From: Prasinococcaceae sp. CCMP 1430
Lineage: Eukaryota > Plantae > Prasinodermophyta
DNA length: 28,644 nucleotides
Assembly (NCBI GenBank): GCA_013416795.1
Contig: RQSC01000005.1
Location: 163,878 to 192,521 of the forward strand
Direction of reading: 5' to 3'
Shown piece after piece: positions 15,790 to 24,648 of the stretch. How positions within the stretch are numbered: the first letter of the stretch is position 1; every line of letters begins with the position of its first letter. The notes under the pieces are model-generated. The model had not been told where the DNA came from. It made no database searches and was given only the letters and a program-made list of their open reading frames with translations. Made by a program: the position numbers and the translations under genes.

Positions 15790-18234
15790 ATGCCGGATGT
15801 GGTGGTGCTGGACGACAGCAGCGACGACGAGGTCGTGCATGACGCCTCCGCTGCCGCACCACCTGCGAAGCGCTCGCAGCGCGGCGGGCGTACCGTAGGC
15901 GCGGGCGGGGGCACCGCCGTGGCTGCGGCTTCGGGCGCTGGCGCCTCAGCGATTGTCATAATCGACGACGACGACGACGGCGACGACAATTGCGGGATGG
16001 CCCCTGGGGGGCGGCGCACGAGCAGTGGCGGCAGTGGCGGCGGGGGCGAAGCGAGTGCGGGAGCGAACGCGCGATGCGGCACCGGTGCTGCCCGTCAAAC
16101 GCCATGCGCCGCCTGCGGTGCCTTGGACGTGTGCTACAAGTTCCGTGGTTGCAAGCAGGGTCACTCGTGCTGCGCCATCTGCTCGCTCGGCGCACTCAAA
16201 GGGCAGATAGAGGGCTTGACGAGTGCAGGTGAGGTCGATGGCCTCGACGACATCCTAGGCGGTACCAAGCCACTTTTGAGGTGTCCTGTCGAGGGATGCG
16301 CCGGGGTGGCGTGTGCTGCTGATGTGGCTGCTGTGCTTCCTGCGCTTGCATTGCGCGACTTGGACGTGTGGCTGCTCAAGAACGCCGCACCCGTCCTCTC
16401 GGCGTCGAAAGTGGCTTGTTACTGCTTTGCCCTCGAGGCTGTGTGCGGCACCGGTGCTGTCATGAGCGGTACGAGCAGTGAGCTGCCATCCGCGCCGCAG
16501 CAGAGCGCCCCGGCCGGCGCGGCGGGCGACGGCAAAAGCAAGGGCAAGGCCAAGGCCAAGGCCAGCGGGGGCAAGGCTAAGGGGAAGCTGGCGGCTGCTG
16601 CGAGCGCCGGTCACCCACCCTTTGATGTCAATGGCATGTGGGCGGCGATGTTCGGTTTCGCATCCGGTGGCGCGCACCCGCATGATCCCGTGGATGGCAC
16701 TGGGTACGGCGGCAGCAGCCGCGAGACGTGCATGGGCAGCTCCGCGACGAAAAAGGCCGCCGAGCGTGCGAGGCGCGACCAGAACAAGTCTGACAAGGAA
16801 GCCGCCAAGGTGGCTACCCAGCTTGCCAGGGCGATGGAGGACCCATCGCGCGCCACCCGGAGAGAGTGGGCGAGCATTGCGGCGCACTGCGAGGCTGCAG
16901 CTGTGCGGCTTTGCGCGGCACCTGCGCTCGCCAAGCTCCTTGCGGATTGCTCGCTCATGGAAATTGCAGCTGGGCGGCGCGACGCGGTGGTGGCCGCCCT
17001 GCGTGTCTGCGACGCGGCCTGCGCCGACCCTGTGCACGTGCGATCGGTGGTGTGGCCTGTTGCTCGCGAAGGCGACGCTGTCAAGCCCTCGCGAGCACTG
17101 CTTGAGCACCTGCGCGTGCTGTCAGCGGCCGCCAAGGTCTTGCGTGACAACATGTCCGCTGCGGCCGTGGACAAAACCCTCACGGCGCTTGTCACGCCCG
17201 CCGCGCAGGCTGCTGAGAGTGCAGAGGCCGCCGAGCGTCGCTGGCGCGAAGAGGATGGTGCCCTCAGCTCTGAGCTCGCGACCGCGGGGCCCCAGCGCAA
17301 GCGCAAGCGCGCTCGCGATGACGAAGCCAAAGATGAGGCGTACAAGCAGGCGCTCGCGTCCTCGCAGTTCGAGCAGGTGCCTCTCATCAAGGGTCACTCG
17401 TTCCAGGCAGAGCTGCAAGCCCACAAGCCACGCGGCGGCGGTGGATCGGAGACGGAACGCAAGCGTCAGGCGCGTCTCGCAAAGGAGGTTGCGGCGCTGG
17501 CTACGGGCCTTCCGCTCGAGCGACGCTCGGGAATCTTCCTCCGCGTCGACGAGAACCGTCTCGACTGCCTACGCGCACTCATCATCCCGGCACCAGACAC
17601 TCCGTATGCGTTCGGGTACTTCTTGTTTGACATCGCGCTGCCTGCGGACTATCCGTACAATCCGCCCAAGGTCAAGCTGCTGACCACCGGCGGTGGGCGC
17701 TGGCGGCCGAATCCCAACCTGTATGCTGACGGCAAGGTGTGCCTCAGTCTGCTCGGAACGTGGGAGGGACCCAAGTGGGATCCGAAGTACTCTACGCTGC
17801 TGCAGGTGCTGATCTCCATTCAGAGCCTGATATTCGTCGAGCAGCCCTACTTCAACGAGCCGGGCTTCGAAAGCATGTCCGCGACCAAGGATGGCCAAGC
17901 CGAGGGCGATGCGTACGTGCGCGCGCAGCGTGTGAGCTCCCTGCGGCATGCAGTGCTTCCCGCGCTGCAGAAGCCACCCAAGCATTTCGAGAAGGTCGTC
18001 AAGGAGCATGCCAAGCGGAACTACGGCGAGATGCGCCGCACGCTGGAGACATGGTGCAAGGAGGGTGCCGAGGCGGCTGAATCGGGTGCCCGATGGGGCA
18101 AGCGAGGAGGTGGCAGCGCGCTCGCGCTGCTCGGAGGTTCCAACCCGTTCGGCTCTGAGGACGAGTTCGCCGAGAGCATCGTAGCGCTCTCGAAGAGCAT
18201 CACGAGCGCCCTGGACGCGTACATTGCGGGCTGA
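15790..18234 (+). CDS. E2/E3 hybrid: N-terminal SIM-like motifs, RING-like zinc finger and C-terminal BIRC6/UBE2O-type UBC domain, 814 aa; single exon
   Basis: UBC core IFLRVDENRLDCLRALI..PDTPYAFGYFLFDI.LP.DYPYNPPKV...TTGGG..RPNPNLYADGKVCLSLLGTW...STLLQVLISIQSLIFVEQPYFNEPGFE with catalytic Cys. CAAC..CKQGHSCCAIC..CPVEGC finger, GTGYGG motif and RKRKR NLS-like patch. Confidence 0.88.
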   Translation: MPDVVVLDDSSDDEVVHDASAAAPPAKRSQRGGRTVGAGGGTAVAAASGAGASAIVIIDDDDDGDDNCGMAPGGRRTSSGGSGGGGEASAGANARCGTGAARQTPCAACGALDVCYKFRGCKQGHSCCAICSLGALKGQIEGLTSAGEVDGLDDILGGTKPLLRCPVEGCAGVACAADVAAVLPALALRDLDVWLLKNAAPVLSASKVACYCFALEAVCGTGAVMSGTSSELPSAPQQSAPAGAAGDGKSKGKAKAKASGGKAKGKLAAAASAGHPPFDVNGMWAAMFGFASGGAHPHDPVDGTGYGGSSRETCMGSSATKKAAERARRDQNKSDKEAAKVATQLARAMEDPSRATRREWASIAAHCEAAAVRLCAAPALAKLLADCSLMEIAAGRRDAVVAALRVCDAACADPVHVRSVVWPVAREGDAVKPSRALLEHLRVLSAAAKVLRDNMSAAAVDKTLTALVTPAAQAAESAEAAERRWREEDGALSSELATAGPQRKRKRARDDEAKDEAYKQALASSQFEQVPLIKGHSFQAELQAHKPRGGGGSETERKRQARLAKEVAALATGLPLERRSGIFLRVDENRLDCLRALIIPAPDTPYAFGYFLFDIALPADYPYNPPKVKLLTTGGGRWRPNPNLYADGKVCLSLLGTWEGPKWDPKYSTLLQVLISIQSLIFVEQPYFNEPGFESMSATKDGQAEGDAYVRAQRVSSLRHAVLPALQKPPKHFEKVVKEHAKRNYGEMRRTLETWCKEGAEAAESGARWGKRGGGSALALLGGSNPFGSEDEFAESIVALSKSITSALDAYIAG

Positions 18235-18262
18235 GCAGGCCGTCCGTGTTGCGGCGCCTCCC

Positions 18263-18267
18263 TGTAA
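18263..18267 (+). terminator. Candidate polyadenylation signal TGTAA for the UBC gene
   Basis: TGTAA about 30 nt after the stop at 18234. Confidence 0.4.
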
Positions 18268-18435
18268 TGCTTCACTCTTGGGGCCGTGTGTACCCCCCCC
18301 CAAAAAGAGCGCCCAGACGGATTTTTGCGGAAGCGCCCCCGCGCGGCGCCAGCTTGGAGGCAGCGCGTCGGGGGCGCGCGCGCGCCACAACGCGCACGCG
18401 GCGCGGCGCGCGGGAGGTTGGAGGGGCCTGCCCGC

Positions 18436-19927
18436 ATGGCGGCGCGTTCGGATTTTGAGAGAGGGAGAGGGCGCGCGCCCGTGCGTGGGTGCCCCACGCT
18501 TCTGGTTGCGCTCCTCGCGGCGCTACTTGTGCTGCTGCTGCCGCGCGGGGGGTGCGCGGGCGCGTACCCGCCGGTCGTGCTCGTACCCGGCGCGGGCGGG
18601 ACGTACCTGCAAGCGCGGTGGAACAAGACGAGCGTGCCCGCCCCGTGGTGCACACGCATACAGCGCGAGTGGACGGACGTGTGGCTCGCCCTGGACTCTT
18701 TCTTTGTTCCCGGCGGCATCACCTGCTGGTCGCAAAACTTCCGCCTGGTGAACTGGGCCAATGGCACGTCCACAAATATGCCGGGCGTTGAGGTCCGGGT
18801 TGGCTACACGGGCCGCGATAAGTCCTTCGGTGCGCTAGAGCCTGTGCTGTGCATCGATCCCAGCCTATGCAGGGAAACGGGCTACTTCGCCGAGCTGGCC
18901 AGAGCACTTCAGGAACGCGCGGGCCTCGCGCCGGGCGAGACGCTGCTTGCAGCCCCGTACGACCACAGGTACGCGACGGACGCGGATGCGGGGCCGAACG
19001 CAGACTGGGAGGTCAATCTGACTGCGCTGGTGGAGCGTGCGAGTCAGAGCCGCGGTGGGGCGGCGCAGAGGGTGGTGCTGGTGTCTCACTCCTTGGGGGG
19101 GCTGGCTGTCTTGCACTGGCTCCAGAATCGCACCCAGGCGTGGAAAGACGCATACCTCGGCTCGTGGGTAGCCATCAGCGCTCCCTTCGGCGGGTCTGCC
19201 AAGGTTTTCAGAATGCTCGCCAGCGGCGACTCGGACCTCGTGCCAGGCGTGCCGAGCCTCTCGGTGCGCGACGAGCAGCGGACGGCCGAGGCAGAGCACT
19301 GGCTGCTGCCGCGCCCGGAGGCGTATGGAACCAAGGTATGCGGCGATGGGCGAGAGGCAATCGGTGTGCTTCGCTCGCTCGCGCGTTCTCGCCGCAGCGC
19401 TGACCTCGCTGACGCTCATCGCGCGGATGCGCGCCCGCGCGCGCCTCCGCACTGACGACTGCAAGACGGTGCTCACCGGCCCGGACGGCACCAATTACAC
19501 CACGAGCTATGCTGACAAGCGAAGGTTGTTCGACGCACTGGGGCTTGGCAATGGCTTTGTCGCTGTGCACGAGCGCGTCTCGCGTCTGCTCGACCTCGAA
19601 ACTCCGCCGGGCGTCCGTCTGCTCGCGCTGGCGGGTGCCGACCTGAAAACCGAGCAGTCTTACGACTACCGTGGCTCTTCAAAAGGGTGGGATGCGCAGC
19701 CGGCAATGACTTACAATGTCGGCGATAGCGTTGTTAGCTCTGCGTCTTTGCGGCTTTGCAAGCAGTGGCCGAATGTCACATACATCGAGTACGCTGGCGT
19801 TGACCACACGGCCCTGCTCCAGGATGAGTTCGTGTTCCGCAAGATCCTCAGCGAGCTAGCGCATGTGGCAACACACACGGGATGCCACTCCGCCCGCTTG
19901 GACGGTGCCGCGAGCGCAGAATGCTAG
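18436..19927 (+). CDS. LCAT / group XV phospholipase A2-like acyltransferase, secreted or membrane-anchored; join(18436..19335,19466..19927), 453 aa
   Basis: Hydrophobic leader LLVALLAALLVLLL, PPVVLVPGAGG, CW..NFRL, APYD.R, nucleophile elbow VSHSLGG, catalytic Asp region GDSVV and His region VDHTALL. Intron 19336-19465 is in frame (CTGAC branch, AAG acceptor). Confidence 0.88.
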
Positions 19928-20093
19928 CAGTCGTACGAAGCGCGCCAAGGAATGAAGGCCCAGCGCCCTTCGCGCCACAGCGAGCGCGGGTCCGTAAGTT
20001 CGTGCGACACAGCACAGTGGATCTTGTACTCTTGAGGTAGACTGCTGTAGACTACTTCGACGTATATTATTTCTAGAAGGCAGCGCCCTCCTC

Positions 20094-21522
20094 TCAGTCA
20101 AGCACGTGCTCTCGCGCGAGCGCGTCGGCCTGCACTTGCGTGGCAGCTTGTGCCGCGAGGACGATCTTCCCCACCACGTTGCCGCCACGTAGGTGCGCGT
20201 GCGCGCCGTTCAACCCCTCCTCGCTGAGCGAGAAGACAGAGTCGACCACTGCTTGGTACTCACCGTCCGCCAAGCGTGGGCAAATGTGCGCTGCGACCTC
20301 ACGCACAAGGCGCGCCTTGTAGCCTGCGTCGCGGCTACGCAACGTGGAAAATAGTATCGATGCACGCTTCGCCAGCAAGGCACCCCCGATGAGCTCGCTG
20401 TGCGGGGGAGACATTTAGGAACGGGGCGAGGGTCAGCTCGTTCCAGTTCGCACGCGCTGCGTCCCGAAGAAGGCGAACGGCGCACGCGATCTCACCTCGC
20501 CGGAGATGCGCCTTTTCCTGCGCCGCCCATGAAACCATACACGACCCAACGGCCGTCCTTGGCCAACGCAGCACTATTCGCGCTCGAGGCTGCGGCGCCC
20601 ACGCAGTCGAGGATGACATCGGCGCCCCTGCGGCCCACAGCGTCGAGGAGCTCCCTGTAGGCGTCGCCTTTAAGTATGAAAGTCGCGTCAATCAGTCAGA
20701 GCAAGTCAAGTTCACTCGTGCGTGCGCCCGGCACACATCTCGTGAGCTCCGTTTTGCGCTCGCGACGCCCCACACACCTCGGCTATCGTCCAGGCCTCGT
20801 GAGGGCGCCACGTGCGTGGCGCCGAGCTCCACGCATGCTCGCCTGCGCTCGGCACTCGACGCGGTGGCCACGACGCGCGCAGCACCTGCGCCGCGTGCCA
20901 GCTGCACCGCAGCGGTGCCCACACCGCTCGCACCCGCGTGCACGAGCACCGTGTCGCCCTGTCGAACCTGCCCAACCCAGCGCAGGAGCTGGTGTGCTGC
21001 GCACCACGCCTCGGGCACGGCGCCTGCCTCGGCCCAGGTGAGCGCGCGTGCGTGCTCGCCACTGCCGCCCGTGACGGCTCGAAGGTCGATGCATTGGGCT
21101 GCGGGCACGCGCACAAACTCTGCGTACCCACCCCCGTCCAACAAAGCTGCGACTGGCGTGCCGACCGATAGCGACCCCGCAGTCCGCGCGACGGTGCCTG
21201 CAGCCTCGACGCCCAGGATGTCACTCGCACCCGCCGGCACCGGGTAGCGCCCTGCCCGCTGCAGCAGGTCCAGCCGGTTGACGCCAGCCGCGTGCACGTG
21301 CACCTCGACCTCCCCCGGCGCGAGCGGTGCGGCTGATCGCCGCGCTCCCTCCACGCGCATGCGCGGCGCGTCCCTCGTCGTGTCGGTGCCCACGCCCGGA
21401 CACGGCGGCCACGCCGCCCGCATCTCCACCTCCCCGCCAGCCGTGCCGCTGCAGGCGTAGGCGCGCGCGGCGCGCGCAGCCGCGCGCGCGCGGCGCACTG
21501 CCGCCGTCACTGCCGCCCTCAT
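20094..21522 (-). CDS. NADPH:quinone oxidoreductase, PIG3/TP53I3-like MDR family; complement(join(20094..20397,20496..20667,20778..21522)), 406 aa
   Basis: AAGVNRLDLLQRAGRYP.PAGASDILGVEAAG, ALLDGGGYAE, VLVHAGASGVGTAAVQLA, ADVILDCVG, DGRWVVYGFMGG, STLRSR, GKIVL. Two in-frame introns. The Arg/Ala-rich N-terminus resembles a mitochondrial presequence. Confidence 0.9.
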
Positions 21523-22075
21523 CGGCGACCTCGGATGGCTCCTCCGACGTTCTTAGGCGGGCGGGAGGGGAGATGAAGGCGGGAGGGGGGCTGGAGGGGC
21601 TGCGCACCGGCTGCATGCGCCGAGCGCGGTGTGGTGTCTGTGCTGCACCAACGTCTGAGGGCACTTAACTGTCATGCGGGGCTCGGGTCGTCCGTCAAAA
21701 CCGAAACGCTGTGGATGCATTCGTTTGAAGCGTGTCCAAACACCCATATATTGGGTTTTACATGAAAGGGTTTATAGCGCATGTGAGAGCGTTCGTGCCA
21801 GCAGGCGGCAGCGTGCTCACGCGATCCTCGGGGCACATGCGAGCGCGGTGCGCTGGGTTCTAGCTAGGCGACCCGCCCCGGGTGCTGCTGCCATCGCTCA
21901 CCGGGCACACCTCGCGGCCATTTCGTGAGAGAAGCGAGTGCAGGCAAGGAAAGAGCTCTGACATATTATGATACTGTGCGGTGGCTTGTCTGGCTACATG
22001 GTGAGGCCCGCGCGCTTAGCGTGCGCGGGCTGGAGGAGTGCGTATTGAAGCGGACCCTTCACGGCATGTGCCACT

Positions 22076-22784
22076 CTAGTTGAAGGCGTCCTTACCCGTC
22101 TTGAGGTTTCGTTGCTCCTTGCCCGCCTTGCGGCGCTCCTCGAATTCTCGCCGCTGGAAAGTACCGAACGACACGTCGTTGCCAGCGGCGAAGCGCTGCA
22201 GATTGAGGCGCATCTGCGCGGCACACATCAGGCGTGCACATACGCCAGACTCGCCGCCGTCGAATGCCTTCTCAAAGACGAGGCCGCGCTCGAGGCCGTC
22301 GCGCAAGGACTGCTTGGCCATCTGCGTGCACGTGCGCCAGCGCATGACAGCGGTCGCGAGCACGCGCGCGTCAGCGCACTCGCACTGACCGACGCTGAGA
22401 AACGAGCGGCGGGCCGACTGAACGCACCTCCAGGTCGCCGAAGGAGGCGTAACAGCACATCGCCCCCCACAAGCACTGAACCGCCGCGGCGTTCGTCTCC
22501 TCGGTGGGCCCCGTCTGCCGCTCCACGTCGATCACGCGCTCGTACGTCGCGGTGAAGACGTTGAGGGCCACGCTGCGGTCTCGCTCGACGTTGTGCAGCC
22601 TAATACCAGTCGCGACCGCCTCGTCCAGCGTCGCGCCTTCCTCAATAGGCTCGAGCTTGGACTGGAGCATTGCCAGGTTGTCCTTCACGCCCGACACGAA
22701 GCTCGAGAGGAGCTTCGCCGCATCGCCCACGCCGCCGCCCCCACCGCCGCCGCCGCCGCCGCTGCCGCGGGCTGCCACCGCCAT
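22076..22784 (-). CDS. Hypothetical protein with a TPR-like helical hairpin; complement(join(22076..22321,22428..22784)), 200 aa
   Basis: Two protein-like ORFs joined in phase 0 by intron 22322-22427 (GAG|GTGCGT...CTGAC...CGCAG|ATG). CLWGAMCCYASFGDLEMAKQSLRDGLERGL resembles TPR-end helices such as those of MET1-type proteins. Function unknown. Confidence 0.65.
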
Positions 22785-23395
22785 CGCGCCCCCTCCCGCC
22801 CGCGCCGCCCCCGCGCCCCCTCAGCCCGCGCGCGCACGCGCTCGCTGTGACGCCGCCACACGCCGCACACAAGGCCTGCAGGCCCTTCTTATCCACCCCC
22901 GCCGGTTGGCGATTGCGCGCCGAAGCGCGGAACCGGACACCCGCGGGCAGGGACGCCGCGTGCAATGCGTCACTCACGTACAGTAGCAAATGTACCCACG
23001 GGAAACTACTCGACGTAGGCTTGACTCACTTCCTTTTTTCTTTTTTTTTATTTCAAAAGAAATGCATCGAAAGACAGCGCATGGAGACCCAGCTGGTGCT
23101 GCTGTGTTGGTAGGGACGCGCTCGGAAGCGGGGCTTTTTTCGGGTGGCGAGCGGGCTGCGAAAAAACCGGAGTGATGAGGGCTGCAAGGGGGTGACTCAG
23201 TCAGGAGCGACTCAAACGGAGGCAGGCAAAAAAAAAAAAAAAAGTGGGCGAGTGCACGCGTTCGTGCGCGCTCGCCCACACATCGCGCGCGAGGGCGCGG
23301 AGGTAGTAGCCGGGGGCTGGGGGCTTGGAGTGGACGCCGGCGCGGGCGGGGCGGCCGGCAGCGGCGATGCGGCGGCGCGCGCCGCAAGGAGGGAA

Positions 23396-24586
23396 ATGCT
23401 GATGCGCTACGTGCGCGAGGTGGACATCGACGTGCTGGAGGCCTTCAGCGAGGCCGCGCCAGCCTCCGTCGTGGAGGCCATGCGCACCACCGTGGCCAAC
23501 ATGCTCGGCACCCTGCCGCCAGCGTTCTTCGACGTGCGCGTCGCGACCGTCGCGGAGAACCTCGCGCAGGTCATGTTCTCCGTGATGATGACCGGCTACA
23601 TGTTCCGCAACGCGCAGTACCGAGTGGAGCTCTCCAAGTCTGTGGTTGGGGTCCTCCCGGAGTCGCAGGGCCGCTCCCGGGTGCAGACCACGCCGGGCGA
23701 GCCGGGCGAGTCCAGCCCTGGCAGCGCCTCCGCCGCAGCGCAGTCCGCATACGCTCCGGGGGCGCAGAAACAGGGCATCGAGGGCGACGTGCTGCGCTGG
23801 AACCTCGAGCACGAGCGCGCGGAGGCGATGTCAGCGGAGGAGTACATCCACCTCCTCGAGGCTGAGGTGCGTGCGACGCCGCGATGACGCCAGCGCGTGC
23901 TTGCGCTCGCGTGCGCGAAAGCTCCCTCTCTCTGACGGCAGCATCTGCGACGCGGCTGCGCGTGGCTGCTCGCGCTACAGGTGGCCGCCTTGCAGCGCGA
24001 GGTGGAGGAAGGGCGCCAGCAGGCGCTGCGCAACTCGCGCTCACAGCGGGCGCTCTCGAGCGGCGGCGCCGGCGCGGCGGCCGCAGCAGCCGCGGGTGTC
24101 GTCGATGTCTTCCAGTCGCCCTCGCCAGGGGTCAACGACATCATCGAGTACCTGCAGTCGCTCGAGCCCGCTGGCGTGCAGGAGCTCACGGCCGGCGCGA
24201 GTGACGAGGTGCTAGGAGCGATGAACATCTTCGTGCAGCGACTGCTCGAGACGACGGCACCGGCGGCGTCGGCCGCAGCGGCGGCTGGCGGTGGCCTCGA
24301 TCCGGGCGAGACGCTTGAAACGTCTGCGACCGACCTCGCCAAGCTGCTCTACTGGCTCATGATTGTCGGGTGCGTGCCGGTGCAAGCGTTTCGGCGCGAT
24401 GCAGCCCGCGCGCGGCCGCCCTCGCCTCCCGCTTCTCCCGTCCCTTCGCGCTGACACTCGCGCGCTCGCAGGTACGGCCTGCGCACCATGGAGGTGCGGC
24501 TCGACATGGACAAGCTGGTCGGGGCGCCTGACGGCGGCGGAGGAGGGGGCGGCGATGGCTGGGGTGGTGCACTGCCGGGGGTTTGA
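23396..24586 (+). CDS. DUF760 family protein with two DUF760 repeats, similar to plant chloroplast DUF760 proteins; join(<23396..23866,23981..24369,24472..24586); true start unresolved
   Basis: VVEAMRTTVANMLGTLPPAFF.V.V.TVAENLAQ.M.SV.MTGYMFRNAQYR.EL, YAPG.QK..EG.VLRW, YI.LLEAEV, IIEYL.SLEP..V.ELT..AS.EV..AMN.FV.RLL, DLAKLLYWLMIVGY.LR..EVR.DM. Introns 23867-23980 and 24370-24471 are in frame. Confidence 0.88.
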
Positions 24587-24648
24587 GACAGTCAGCGCCT
24601 ATAATATCTCGCTTCTTATACAACAACGTGAGGCGGCGTGCCGCCGTA

